Origin: an uncultured Clostridia bacterium
GTDB lineage: Bacteria; Bacillota; Clostridia; Tissierellales; Proteiniboraceae
Assembly (NCBI GenBank): GCA_964619895.1
Contig: CAZUFW010000001.1
Span: forward strand, 965 to 64,964
Length of the DNA: 64,000 bases
Direction: 5' to 3'
Shown one piece after another: positions 20,684-30,886 of this stretch; within the stretch, counting starts at the first letter, position 1, and every line of letters begins with the position of its first letter. Under the pieces are notes generated by a model, which was given only the letters and a program-made list of their open reading frames with translations, was not told where the DNA came from and made no database searches. The position numbers and the translations under genes were made by a program.

Positions 20684-22024
20684 CTATATTCTATTTTCCA
20701 ACTTTTCTCTCAGTTCTTCATAACCTGGTTTTCCTAAAAGTGCAAACATATTTTTCTTATATGCTTCGACTCCAGGTTGATCAAAGGGATTTACTTCTAA
20801 TAAATATCCACTTATGGCACATGCCTTTTGGAAAAAGTATAATAGTTTTCCATAATAGTATTCATTTATCTCTGGTACGTTTATTATAAGATTAGGGACT
20901 CCCCCGTCTACATGGGCCAATACTGTTCCTTTAAATGCCATTTTATTCACATAATTCATAGTTTCTCCTGCCAGATAGTTAAGTCCATCAAGATCTAATC
21001 CTTCATTTTTAATTAGAATTTCTTCTGCTACATTTCCAATATTGACAGTTGTTTCAAATAAGAACCTTTTACCATCTTGTATGTATTGTCCTAAAGAATG
21101 AAGGTCTGCTGAAAATTCTACTGAAGCAGGAAAAATTCCTTTTCCGTCTTTGCCTTCACTTTCTCCGTAAAGCTGCTTCCACCACTCAGCAGTATAATGC
21201 ATTGACGGCTCATAATTAGTTAATATCTCTATGCTTTTTCCATTTGTATAAAGTATGTTTCTAATAGCGGCATACATATAGCAATGATTTTTGTCTAAAT
21301 CTTTGGAGCTATATTCATCTCTGGCGATTCTTGCACCTTCCATTAACAAATCAATGTCTATACCTGCAACCGCAATAGGCAACAATCCCACTGGTGTAAG
21401 TACTGAAAACCTACCTCCAATATCGTCAGGTATTATGAAGGTTTCATAGCCCTCATCCTCTGCAAGCTTTTTTAATGCTCCTTTTTCTCTGTCAGTAGTC
21501 ACGTATATTCTATTTTTTGCTTCTTCTTTTCCATACTTTTTCTCTAAATAGTCCTTTAATATCCTAAATGCAATAGCAGGTTCAGTAGTAGTACCTGACT
21601 TAGATATGACATTTATACTTATATCTTTTCCTTCCATAATGTCTAGTAAGTCTAATAAATACTTACTACTTATATTGTTCCCAGCAAAGTATATCGCTGG
21701 TGTTTTTCTTTTACTATTAGGAAGTTGGTTATAAAATGAATGATTTAGTGCTTCGATTGCAGCTCTAGCTCCTAAATATGAGCCTCCTATACCAATCACT
21801 ATTAGGACTTGAGAATTATTTTTTATTTTAGCAGCTGCCTTTTTTATTCTTTCAAACTCTTCACTGTCATATTTTATAGGATAATCTATCCAACCCAAAA
21901 ATTCTTTTCCAGCACCTGATTTGTTATGTAATTTATCATGTGCAGTAAATACTTGTTCTTTGATATTTTCAATCTCTGATTCTGATACCATTGAATTTGA
22001 ATAATCTAAAAATATATCTTTCAT
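20684..22024 (-). CDS. pgi: Glucose-6-phosphate isomerase
   Basis: [42 protein letters not shown]. Confidence 0.98.
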   Translation of the reverse strand: MKDIFLDYSNSMVSESEIENIKEQVFTAHDKLHNKSGAGKEFLGWIDYPIKYDSEEFERIKKAAAKIKNNSQVLIVIGIGGSYLGARAAIEALNHSFYNQLPNSKRKTPAIYFAGNNISSKYLLDLLDIMEGKDISINVISKSGTTTEPAIAFRILKDYLEKKYGKEEAKNRIYVTTDREKGALKKLAEDEGYETFIIPDDIGGRFSVLTPVGLLPIAVAGIDIDLLMEGARIARDEYSSKDLDKNHCYMYAAIRNILYTNGKSIEILTNYEPSMHYTAEWWKQLYGESEGKDGKGIFPASVEFSADLHSLGQYIQDGKRFLFETTVNIGNVAEEILIKNEGLDLDGLNYLAGETMNYVNKMAFKGTVLAHVDGGVPNLIINVPEINEYYYGKLLYFFQKACAISGYLLEVNPFDQPGVEAYKKNMFALLGKPGYEELREKLENRI

Positions 22025-22099
22025 ATATTTTTGAATCCTCCTTTGATGGTTTTAATAAAGATATTAAAACATAGATTAAAAAGCTGGTCGCCCAGCTTT

Positions 22100-23224
22100 T
22101 TAACTAATTAATTCAACAGTCACTAATGCAAAATCATCATCTACATCTTCGTATTTAAATTCATTAAGACTATTTTCTATGGCCTTTAAAAGATTATCTT
22201 TATTATTATTTGATATATCTATCAATCTATCAAAACCAAACAATTCTCCTCTTTCATTTCTAGTTTCAATTACCCCATCAGTATAAAACAATATTTTGTC
22301 TCCTTCTTGGAGTTTAACGCATTTTTCTTCGTACTCAATAGTGTCAAAAAGGCAAGTAATAGGATACCCTTTAGCCTCTAAAAATTCTATTCCATTACCA
22401 TTAATATGTAAAGGAATACAGTTGTGTCCCCCATTTACATATCTAAAAGTTTTATCCCTTTTATCTAGAATACCATAAAATATGGAAAAATACTTATCTG
22501 TATCAAGATTCAAGTCTAAAAATCTCTTGTGTAACTCGCTAATTGCTTCACTTGGATTTAAATAATCATATTTAATTGATTTCATAGCCTGTCTAATAAA
22601 CATTGTCATAATTGACGCAGTAATACCATGTCCTACTACATCGCTAATATAAATTCCAATATGATTTTCGCCAATCTTATTTATATCAAAAATGTCTCCA
22701 CTTAGCATTTCAGAAGGAAAATATAAATAGTCTATTTTCAGAGGATCTAAAATTCCTTTTTTAGGTAGTATTTTTTTCTGAATCGTTCTAGCAAAAGATA
22801 AATCTTTACTCATTTTTTCATTCTTTCTTATTATTTCTTTCTCAAGTTTTCTTTCTTTAGTTACATCTCTAAATACTTCTACGGCAGCATAAATATTACC
22901 GTCTAGATCCTTAACTGGCGAACTTTTCACAGAGAATATCTTATCCCCAATTATTTCTTCTTTCTCTACTATTTCTCCTGTACTTACTGTAGTTTGGGTA
23001 ATACATCTTTCACAGGCACAACCTTTTCCAAGAACAGAATAACACTTTTTCCCAACAATATCCTTACCTAATGCTTCTTCCATGGATTTATTAGCATATA
23101 TAATAACTCCATTATTATCAATAACACGTACCCAATCTACCATTCCATCTAAAATCTCATAGGAAAGTCTGTCATTGCTTTTAAACTTATCAATAATAAA
23201 CATTCTCTTAGGTTCTTGAATCAA
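22100..23224 (-). CDS. PAS-domain SpoIIE/RsbU-type PP2C phosphatase
   Basis: N-terminal PAS, coiled coil, SGDIFD, DVVGHG, NGGH, YTDGVIE, DDFAL motifs. Confidence 0.9.
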   Translation of the reverse strand: MIQEPKRMFIIDKFKSNDRLSYEILDGMVDWVRVIDNNGVIIYANKSMEEALGKDIVGKKCYSVLGKGCACERCITQTTVSTGEIVEKEEIIGDKIFSVKSSPVKDLDGNIYAAVEVFRDVTKERKLEKEIIRKNEKMSKDLSFARTIQKKILPKKGILDPLKIDYLYFPSEMLSGDIFDINKIGENHIGIYISDVVGHGITASIMTMFIRQAMKSIKYDYLNPSEAISELHKRFLDLNLDTDKYFSIFYGILDKRDKTFRYVNGGHNCIPLHINGNGIEFLEAKGYPITCLFDTIEYEEKCVKLQEGDKILFYTDGVIETRNERGELFGFDRLIDISNNNKDNLLKAIENSLNEFKYEDVDDDFALVTVELIS

Positions 23225-23531
23225 ATTCTTTCCCCCCTTTACTTATATGAAGTAAATAATATTTCTTAATAGACTAAAATTCAAAATAGAATCATATCTT
23301 ATACTATATTATATAATCTATGCTAAAGTTCATATAACGCATTTAATGAAAAAACTTATTTATAGTATTATATCATAATATTGTTGTTTTTCTAGATGCA
23401 CAAGGAGGAAATATGGGAAAAAAAGAAACTTTTTCTAGAATTTTCGATATTATTTAAAAAATAAATATTTATTTGATATGTTACTCCTGGTTATATATAA
23501 TTAAATTATACTTTTAAAAGAGGTGAGTTAT

Positions 23532-23918
23532 TTGGATAATTTTAATCAAACTACATACTCTACTCCAGATAGAAGCTTACTAGAAGCATTAAGCAAGTGG
23601 TCTGGCTTTGTAGGTATTATGACTATCATAACTGGTGCTCTTACATGTTTAGGGGCCATAGGTACATTTGGAATTTCCTTAATTCCTGGAATTATACAAA
23701 TCTTATTAGGGGTAAAGCTTAGAAATGCTAAAGAATCTATTGGCAGGTATTTATCAGGTGATGCAGGAGAGATTAATGGAATTTTTGAGAATTTAGGAGC
23801 TTATATGAAGCTTCAAGGTATTTTAATCATTGTAGGGCTTGTGCTAGCAGTTATAGGCATAATTGTAGCTGCTGTTATCGGAATAGGCATTATGACCCAA
23901 TTTAGAGGTTACTATTAG
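23532..23918 (+). CDS. Small membrane protein (DUF5362-like)
   Basis: Three hydrophobic segments, KWSGFVGI motif; probable TTG start after GAGGTG. Confidence 0.6.
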   Translation: MDNFNQTTYSTPDRSLLEALSKWSGFVGIMTIITGALTCLGAIGTFGISLIPGIIQILLGVKLRNAKESIGRYLSGDAGEINGIFENLGAYMKLQGILIIVGLVLAVIGIIVAAVIGIGIMTQFRGYY

Positions 23919-23948
23919 TGAATAAAACAGGTCCTTAGACCTGTTTTA

Positions 23949-24479
23949 TTATTCTTTAAATTTTACTTCTTCAAATCCGTCCTCTGTACACCTTGCCAAT
24001 ATATATATTAAATCTGATAGTCTATTTACATATTTAATTAGATAGGAATTAACTCCTGTTTTTTTAGATAATGTAATTATTCTTCTTTCAGCCCTTCTAC
24101 AAACAGTTCTAGCTACATGTAAAAATGCTGATGCCTTCCCTGCTCCTGGTATAATAAAATGGTCAGGTTTTTTTATTTTTTCTGTGTATTCATCTATTTT
24201 CTCTTCTAAGAAAATTATATCCTCTTCTTTTATTGTAATTGGTCTTTTAGATTCATCTTCTGTAGCGAGTTCAGCTCCCACATCAAATAGTTTTCTTTGA
24301 ATTTGATGAATAAGCTTATATATGTCCTTATCTTCTATAAAATTTTTTGAGAGTCCTAAAAAAGTATTTAACTCATCTATTGTTCCATAACCTTCCACTC
24401 TTAAATCATCTTTATCTACTCTTTTATTATCAAATAAACTAGTCTGTCCTTTATCTCCTGTCTTGGTATATACGCTCAT
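23949..24479 (-). CDS. PduO-type ATP:cob(I)alamin adenosyltransferase
   Basis: VYTKTGDKGQTSL, YGTIDELN, ARTVCRRAER, YVNRLSD. Confidence 0.95.
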   Translation of the reverse strand: MSVYTKTGDKGQTSLFDNKRVDKDDLRVEGYGTIDELNTFLGLSKNFIEDKDIYKLIHQIQRKLFDVGAELATEDESKRPITIKEEDIIFLEEKIDEYTEKIKKPDHFIIPGAGKASAFLHVARTVCRRAERRIITLSKKTGVNSYLIKYVNRLSDLIYILARCTEDGFEEVKFKE

Positions 24480-24537
24480 AATAGCACCTCCTTTAATTGT
24501 AATTATATACCCAGTTTAGTTGTCTTTATGCTTTTTT

Positions 24538-24575
24538 TGTGACATATATCACACTTTTATTTGATACCAATCACG
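24538..24575 (+). promoter_or_regulatory. Crp/Fnr-family (HcpR-like) sites upstream of hcp
   Basis: Perfect TGTGA-N6-TCACA at 24538-24553 and weaker TTTGA-N6-TCACG at 24560-24575, centres 22 bp apart. Confidence 0.7.
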
Positions 24576-24672
24576 GTTATATCTTTTCCGCCCTATTAAT
24601 ATATATCTTGTAGTGATTATGATTTTACATTTTATTAAAGATAAAATTTTATTTATAAAGGGAGGATTTTTA

Positions 24673-26319
24673 ATGAATATGTTTTGTTATCAATGTCAAG
24701 AAACTTCTAAAGGCACAGGTTGTACGCTCAGAGGAGTATGCGGTAAAACAGCCGATGTAGCTACTCTTCAAGATTTATTGATCTATTCTTTAAAAGGCAT
24801 TTCATTCTACAATAATAAAGCTAGGGAATTAGGACTAGATACTCAAAAAGCTGATCGCTTTATTATTGAAAGTCTTTTCATGACTATAACTAATGCAAAC
24901 TTTGATAAAGCTCGTTTTATCGCTAAAATAAGAGAAGCATTAAAGCTTAGAGATGAAATCAAAGAATCATTAATAAAAGCTGGTGGAAATATTTCAGACA
25001 TTACACACGATTCAGCAACATGGTATTCTGATTCAGAAGAATTATTTGATGAAAAATCAAAATACGTAGGTGTTTTATCCACAGAAAATGAAGATGTTAG
25101 ATCCTTAAGAGAATTATTAACTTATGGACTTAAAGGTATGGCTGCTTATGCAGAACATGCTCTTAACCTAGGCTATGAAGATAAGAACATATATGCATTT
25201 ATAGGAAAAGCTTTAGTGGCTACTACAAATAACGGTCTATCAGCAGATGAACTAGTAGCACTTGTTATGGAATGTGGAAAATTTGGTGTAGATGTAATGG
25301 CATTATTGGATAAAGCTAACACAAGCACTTATGGACATCCTGAAATAACAAAAGTAGATATAGGTGTGAGAAATAATCCAGCTATATTAGTAAGTGGACA
25401 CGATTTAAAAGATTTTGAAGAAATATTAAAACAAACTGAAGGAACTGGAGTAGATGTATATACTCACGGCGAAATGCTGCCTGCTCACTACTACCCAGCA
25501 TTCAAAAAATATTCTCATTTTGCAGGTAATTACGGAAATGCTTGGTGGAAACAAGATAAGGAATTTGATAGCTTTAATGGACCTATAATATTGACTACAA
25601 ACTGTCTAGTTCCTCCAAAGGATTCATATAAAGATAGAGTTTATACTACTGGTGCAGTAGGTTTTGATGGATTAACACATATAACTCTAGATGTTAATGG
25701 AAAGAAAGATTTCTCTCAAGTAATTGAGCATGCTAAAGGATGTGCTTCTCCTACAGAAATAGAGACTGGTGAAATAGTTGGAGGATTTGCCCATAATACT
25801 GTACTAAGTCTTGCTGATAAGGTTGTAGATGCTGTTAAATCAGGTGCAATAAAGAGATTCTTTGTTATGGCAGGCTGCGATGGAAGAATGAAATCAAGAG
25901 ATTATTATACTGAATTTGCAAAAACCTTACCAAAAGATACTGTAATACTTACTGCAGGCTGTGCGAAGTACAAATACAACAAGCTTGAACTAGGAGACAT
26001 TGGTGGAATTCCAAGAGTACTAGATGCTGGACAATGCAATGACTCTTATTCTCTTGCTGTAATAGCACTAAAGCTAAAAGAAGTATTTGAATTAAACGAT
26101 ATAAATGAACTTCCAATATCATATAATATTGCATGGTATGAGCAAAAAGCTGTAATAGTATTATTAGCACTTCTATATCTAGGAGTTAAAAATATTCACT
26201 TAGGACCAACTCTACCAGCATTCTTATCACCAAATATAGCTAAAGTACTAGTTGAAACATTTGGAATAGGTGGAATCACAAATGTAGAAGACGATATGAA
26301 AATGTTCATGGGAGCGTAA
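24673..26319 (+). CDS. hcp: Hybrid cluster protein (hydroxylamine/NO reductase)
   Basis: MFCYQCQET...[41 protein letters not shown]; start after GGAGG. Confidence 0.98.
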   Translation: MNMFCYQCQETSKGTGCTLRGVCGKTADVATLQDLLIYSLKGISFYNNKARELGLDTQKADRFIIESLFMTITNANFDKARFIAKIREALKLRDEIKESLIKAGGNISDITHDSATWYSDSEELFDEKSKYVGVLSTENEDVRSLRELLTYGLKGMAAYAEHALNLGYEDKNIYAFIGKALVATTNNGLSADELVALVMECGKFGVDVMALLDKANTSTYGHPEITKVDIGVRNNPAILVSGHDLKDFEEILKQTEGTGVDVYTHGEMLPAHYYPAFKKYSHFAGNYGNAWWKQDKEFDSFNGPIILTTNCLVPPKDSYKDRVYTTGAVGFDGLTHITLDVNGKKDFSQVIEHAKGCASPTEIETGEIVGGFAHNTVLSLADKVVDAVKSGAIKRFFVMAGCDGRMKSRDYYTEFAKTLPKDTVILTAGCAKYKYNKLELGDIGGIPRVLDAGQCNDSYSLAVIALKLKEVFELNDINELPISYNIAWYEQKAVIVLLALLYLGVKNIHLGPTLPAFLSPNIAKVLVETFGIGGITNVEDDMKMFMGA

Positions 26320-26333
26320 GTCACTTAAATAAT

Positions 26334-26379
26334 GAGCCGTTCTATGTGGTTTTAAATAACCATATGGAACGGCTTCTTT
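26334..26379 (+). terminator. hcp terminator
   Basis: AGCCGTTC...GAACGGCT long stem followed by T-rich tail. Confidence 0.65.
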
Positions 26380-26393
26380 ACTTGCAATGACGC

Positions 26394-26456
26394 GAGATCC
26401 TTCGCTACGCTCAGGATGACAGCAAACTTGTCACCCTGAATGAAATGAAGGGTCTC
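26394..26456. repeat. Inverted pair of TGTCA-tagged REP-like palindromes
   Basis: GAGATCCTTCGCTACGCTCAGGATGACA and TGTCACCCTGAATGAAATGAAGGGTCTC; related units at 56437-56464, 58255 and, degenerate, 13715-13786. Confidence 0.8.
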
Positions 26457-26463
26457 TCTTTTC

Positions 26464-26811
26464 TTATTTATGCCCTTCCTCTGGCACTATGCAGATAAAC
26501 TCGAATAGTTCATTGCCAATATTTGAAAACTGGTGCATTGTGTTTGATGGAACATAAGCAAATGAACCTGCTTCTACGTCAATATCTTTCCCATCTAAAT
26601 GTAATCGACCCTTTCCACTAATTACATAGTTTATATGTGGCCAAGGATGATTGTGTTTTGGAGTATAACCTCCAACTCCAACCTCTAAAATACGCATCAC
26701 ATAACCTTCCCAACCTTCTGTAGGTGACACCAGTGCCTTCATAGCTGCTTCTTTTGCTTGTGGGTTTTCAATTTTCACTGCCTTTACATCATTTTTGTGT
26801 GAAACTATCAT
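26464..26811 (-). CDS. Cupin domain protein
   Basis: TPKHNHPWPH...G.G and PSNTMHQFSN cupin motifs. Confidence 0.9.
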   Translation of the reverse strand: MIVSHKNDVKAVKIENPQAKEAAMKALVSPTEGWEGYVMRILEVGVGGYTPKHNHPWPHINYVISGKGRLHLDGKDIDVEAGSFAYVPSNTMHQFSNIGNELFEFICIVPEEGHK

Positions 26812-26841
26812 ATTAATAAAACCCCCCTTATATATTTAATA

Positions 26842-27981
26842 TTAATCTTTTTTTACAGGTCTAGGTCCATAATACTGATAATAATCTACCTTTATCCTAC
26901 CATTAAATAGTTTTCTTTTTTTGTCTGCTTTTTTCCCGTAAAGCTTTTCAAAATCCTCATTTGATGTAATTACATAGATAGACCATGTATCTAATTCTCT
27001 AAATACTTTGCCTATTTTTTTATAGAGTTCTTCAACTTCTCTTTTCTCTCCAAGCCTTTCTCCATATGGAGGATTACATATAATAACTCCATAATCATCC
27101 TTAATGCTTATTTTAGAAGCATCTTTAACATCAAAAATTATACAATCATCTACTCCTGCTTCATATGCATTTTCATTGGCTGCCTCTACTGCACTAGGAT
27201 TTATATCCGAAGCATAAATATTAATATCTAAATCCTGCTTTATAGCTTTGAATGCTTCTTTTCTTGCATCCTTCCATAGAGTTTCCCCTATTCTAGGCCA
27301 CCTTTCAGATGCAAAGCTTCTCTGTAATCCTGGGGCAATATTTTTACCAATCATAGCTGCTTCTATAGGTATAGTCCCAGAGCCGCAAAAAGGATCTAAT
27401 AATACTCTACCAGAATTCCAATAACTTAAGCTAACGATAGCCGCTGCTAATGTTTCTTTAATAGGAGCTTCTACATTTTTTATTCTATATCCTCTTTTAT
27501 GTAAGCCATCCCCACTCGTATCTATAGTAAGTGTGACAATATCCTTTAAAATAGAAACTTGAATAGTAAATTTTGGACCATTTTCTTTAAACCATTCTGT
27601 CTTATACTTTTCTTTTAGCTTTTCAACTACTGCCTTTTTTACTATGGCTTGGCAGTCGGAAACGCTAAATAGTTTGGAATCTACGGATTTCCCCGTGACA
27701 GTAAATTCCCCATCTTCCGTTATCCACTCCTCCCAAGGAAGTGCTTTAGTTCCTTGGAAAAGTTCCTCAAAGGACAATGCTTTAAATTCACCCATTTTTA
27801 GTAAAACTCTATCAGCAGTCCTTAACCAAAGGTTTGTTCTAGGTATTGCAGATTCATCACAACTAAAGGTTACCTTTCCGTTTTCTACTGTTATATCCTC
27901 ATATCCAAGTTGTTCTACTTCTCTTTTCACTACTGCTTCAAGTCCAAATGTTGATGTTGCGATTAATTGTATATTTGCCAT
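26842..27981 (-). CDS. THUMP-domain SAM-dependent RNA methyltransferase (RlmL/YpsC-like)
   Basis: FGLEAVVKRE, NLWLRTADR, LHKRGYR, DPFCGSGT, NPPYGER; start moved to MANIQ after AGGAG. Confidence 0.92.
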   Translation of the reverse strand: MANIQLIATSTFGLEAVVKREVEQLGYEDITVENGKVTFSCDESAIPRTNLWLRTADRVLLKMGEFKALSFEELFQGTKALPWEEWITEDGEFTVTGKSVDSKLFSVSDCQAIVKKAVVEKLKEKYKTEWFKENGPKFTIQVSILKDIVTLTIDTSGDGLHKRGYRIKNVEAPIKETLAAAIVSLSYWNSGRVLLDPFCGSGTIPIEAAMIGKNIAPGLQRSFASERWPRIGETLWKDARKEAFKAIKQDLDINIYASDINPSAVEAANENAYEAGVDDCIIFDVKDASKISIKDDYGVIICNPPYGERLGEKREVEELYKKIGKVFRELDTWSIYVITSNEDFEKLYGKKADKKRKLFNGRIKVDYYQYYGPRPVKKD

Positions 27982-28073
27982 CATATCTCTCCTAATATAA
28001 TTTCCTAATATATATTCTATCAAAAAGAAAACCTTTTTACTAATTAATAAGCGCATACTTTTTAACATTTTTT

Positions 28074-28100
28074 TGTTTTACTTAAAAACATTTGGGTATA
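28074..28100 (+). promoter_or_regulatory. Sigma-B-like promoter of first superoxide reductase
   Basis: TGTTT-N15-GGGTATA. Confidence 0.55.
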
Positions 28101-28154
28101 TTGTGAATAAATAATTAATAAGTATAGATAAACATAAAAGGAGGCAATTATAGT

Positions 28155-28529
28155 ATGAAGTCATTAGGTCAATTTTTACAGTCTGGAGATTGGAAAGGTG
28201 AAAAACACGTTCCAGTAATACATATTCCTGAGAAAGTAAAGGTAGGAGAAGAATTTGAGATAAAGGTTTTAGTAGGTGAAGAAATAGCTCATCCAAATAC
28301 TCTAGAGCACTATATTGCTTGGATTAAAGTATTTTTCACTCCTGAAGGCACAAAATTCCCTGTAGAAGTAGGTAATTTCAATTTTACTGCTCATGGCGAA
28401 GGAGAAGTACATACTGGACCTATAGCCGTTACTAAAATGAAGGTTAATAAATCAGGTACAGTACATGCTGTAAGTTATTGCAACATTCATGGTTTATGGG
28501 AAAACTCTGCTGAATTGATAGTTGAGTAA
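28155..28529 (+). CDS. Superoxide reductase (neelaredoxin, 1Fe-SOR), copy 1
   Basis: EKHVP, HPNTLEHYI, YCNIHGLW iron ligands. Confidence 0.93.
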   Translation: MKSLGQFLQSGDWKGEKHVPVIHIPEKVKVGEEFEIKVLVGEEIAHPNTLEHYIAWIKVFFTPEGTKFPVEVGNFNFTAHGEGEVHTGPIAVTKMKVNKSGTVHAVSYCNIHGLWENSAELIVE

Positions 28530-28564
28530 CATAAATCAAAAAAACAAATTAAAATCATTGTTTA

Positions 28565-28598
28565 AAAAAGAACCCTTAATTATTAGGGGTTCTTTTTT
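28565..28598 (+). terminator. Terminator of SOR copy 1
   Basis: AAAAAAGAACCCTTAAT-t-ATTAGGGGTTCTTTTTT. Confidence 0.75.
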
Positions 28599-28618
28599 AT
28601 TTTAGCTTTATATAGGTA

Positions 28619-28812
28619 AGAAATACAATAGAAATATACGCTCACGGTTTCGAATATGAATAATTCTATAGTTCACTCCAATTAAAAATCCTATAACTTG
28701 CAAACTCGCTTCGCTCAAACATGCAAGTTACTTAACGGATTTTTTATTTACGTTCACTAAGAATTATAGTCATATTCTGCAAATGTTCGCTTAATATTTC
28801 TATTGTATTTCT
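28619..28812. mobile_element. 194-bp palindromic MITE/REPIN-like element
   Basis: Perfect 19-bp terminal inverted repeats AGAAATACAATAGAAATAT / ATATTTCTATTGTATTTCT, nested internal arms (TAACTTGCA/TGCAAGTTA, AAAAATCC/GGATTTTT); no ORF. Mobility is inferred. Confidence 0.65.
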
Positions 28813-28903
28813 AGTGTGGATTTATGTATATATGGGAATGCTATAGTTTAATAAACTTTTTATTTTTTTAGAATATGTTATTATAAACAGGAGGAATGCG
28901 TAT

Positions 28904-29278
28904 ATGCAAAGTTTAGGTCAGTTACTGCAAACTGGTGATTTTAAGAATGAAAAGCATGTTCCAGTAATTCATCTTCCTAAGAAGATACGTGAAGGAGAAG
29001 AATTCGAGCTAAAAGTATCTATTGGCGATGAGGTAAAACATCCAAACACTTTAGAGCACCATATTAAATGGATTAAGCTTTACTATCTCAGCGAAGATGG
29101 TAAGTTCCCTGTAGAAATTGCTGATTTTCAATTTTCTTCCCATGGTGAAAATGGAGTATTTACGGAACCAGTTGGTTTAACTAATGTAATATTGCATAAG
29201 CCTGGATTTATTTATGCCATAGCATATTGTAATATCCACGGGTTATGGGAACACAAAGAAGAAGTTAATTTCAAATAA
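28904..29278 (+). CDS. Superoxide reductase (neelaredoxin), copy 2
   Basis: EKHVP, HPNTLEHHI, YCNIHGLW; same length as copy 1. Confidence 0.93.
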   Translation: MQSLGQLLQTGDFKNEKHVPVIHLPKKIREGEEFELKVSIGDEVKHPNTLEHHIKWIKLYYLSEDGKFPVEIADFQFSSHGENGVFTEPVGLTNVILHKPGFIYAIAYCNIHGLWEHKEEVNFK

Positions 29279-29296
29279 AAAAAACTTAAATAGCAC

Positions 29297-29325
29297 TTGA
29301 CAATATATATAAAAATTAATATGAT
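29297..29325 (+). promoter_or_regulatory. Sigma-A promoter of tyrS leader
   Basis: TTGACA-N17-TATGAT. Confidence 0.8.
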
Positions 29326-29349
29326 ATATGTCAAATCATATTAATCATA

Positions 29350-29574
29350 GACTATGAAGGTTCTAGTAGTACTTTGTGGTTACAAGCAGAGAGTAGGCTG
29401 GTTGGTGAAAAGTCTATAGTACATAGAGTATGAATTACACACTGGAGTCTCAATATGAAAATATTGCGTATGTCATACGATATAATGACTTAAAGACATC
29501 TTTTTGATGTAAATTAAGGTGGTACCACGGGTTTTCTCGTCCTTACAGGGCTCAAGAAAACCCTTTTTATTTTT
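29350..29574 (+). ncRNA. T-box riboswitch, Tyr specifier
   Basis: AGAGA and GGTGAAA stem-I motifs, GAAT-TAC-A specifier (29436-29438), T-box AAGGTGGTACCACG, terminator GGGTTTTCT/AGAAAACCC-T run, upstream of tyrS. Confidence 0.92.
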
Positions 29575-29603
29575 AATAAATTATTGATTAAGGAGGAATT
29601 ATC

Positions 29604-30827
29604 ATGAATGTATTTGATGTCTTACAGGAAAGAGGGTATATTGCACAAACAACTCACGAGGAAGAAATCAGAGAACTTTTAGGCAAGGAGCCTGTTACAT
29701 TTTATATAGGGTTTGATCCTACTGCAGACAGCTTACATGTTGGACATTTTATAGCTATGATGTTTATGGCTCATATGCAAAAGGGTGGTCATAGACCTAT
29801 AGCCTTACTTGGTGGTGGAACTGCTATGGTCGGTGATCCTTCTGGAAGAACTGACATGAGACAAATGCTTACTAAGGAAAAAATAGAACATAATGTGAAT
29901 AGTATAAAAAAGCAATTAGAAAGATTAATTGATTTCAGTGATGATAAAGCAATATTAGTTAATAATGCTGATTGGCTATTAGATTTAAACTATGTTGATT
30001 TCTTAAGAGAAGTAGGTACTCATTTTTCAGTTAATAGAATGCTAACTGCTGAATGCTTTAAGCAAAGATTAGAAAAAGGTCTATCTTTTTTAGAATTTAA
30101 CTACATGTTAATGCAAGGATATGATTTTTATGTATTAAATGAAAAGTACGGATGTAAAATGCAATTAGGTGGAAATGATCAATGGTCAAACATGATTGCA
30201 GGTATGGAGCTAGTAAGAAGAAAGGCTGGTAAGCAAGTATATGCCATGACATGTACTCTTCTTACAAATAGTGAAGGAGATAAAATGGGTAAAACTGCAA
30301 AAGGTGCATTATGGTTAGACCCTGAAAAAACTTCGCCATATGAATTCTATCAATACTGGAGAAATATTGACGATGCAGATGTTAATCAATGTCTAAGATT
30401 ATTAACATTTGTACCTATGGATGAGGTTAGAAGACTTTCAGCTCTAGAGGGTGCTGAAATTAATGAGGCTAAGAAAGTGCTAGCATTTGAAGTAACTAAG
30501 CTTATTCACGGAGAGGGAGAAGCTAAAAAAGCTGAGGAAGCCTCAAAAGCACTCTTCGGCAATGGCGGTGATTTAGATTCTATGCCTACAACTGAAATAG
30601 AGAAATCTGCCTTTGAAGAAGGATTAGGAATTTTAAATCTTTTATCTCAGATTGGACTTACAAAATCTAATGGTGAGGCTAGAAGGTTAATAACCCAAGG
30701 CGGAATATATGTTGAAGATAATCAAATCAACGATCCAAGTGCAATAATTACTTTGAATGATTTCCATGATGATAAGCTAATTGTTAGAAAAGGTAAAAAA
30801 ATCTACCACCTAATAAAATTAGTGTAA
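29604..30827 (+). CDS. tyrS: Tyrosine--tRNA ligase
   Basis: [27 protein letters not shown]-terminal S4 domain. Confidence 0.98.
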   Translation: MNVFDVLQERGYIAQTTHEEEIRELLGKEPVTFYIGFDPTADSLHVGHFIAMMFMAHMQKGGHRPIALLGGGTAMVGDPSGRTDMRQMLTKEKIEHNVNSIKKQLERLIDFSDDKAILVNNADWLLDLNYVDFLREVGTHFSVNRMLTAECFKQRLEKGLSFLEFNYMLMQGYDFYVLNEKYGCKMQLGGNDQWSNMIAGMELVRRKAGKQVYAMTCTLLTNSEGDKMGKTAKGALWLDPEKTSPYEFYQYWRNIDDADVNQCLRLLTFVPMDEVRRLSALEGAEINEAKKVLAFEVTKLIHGEGEAKKAEEASKALFGNGGDLDSMPTTEIEKSAFEEGLGILNLLSQIGLTKSNGEARRLITQGGIYVEDNQINDPSAIITLNDFHDDKLIVRKGKKIYHLIKLV

Positions 30828-30837
30828 AATAATCTAA

Positions 30838-30881
30838 ACAGGGGACAAAGAGAGTCACACTATCACTTTTCTGTCCCCTGT
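30838..30881. terminator. Hairpin between convergent tyrS and MCP (bidirectional terminator or GGGGACA-type REP)
   Basis: ACAGGGGACA...TGTCCCCTGT arms. Confidence 0.55.
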
Positions 30882-30886
30882 AATTT

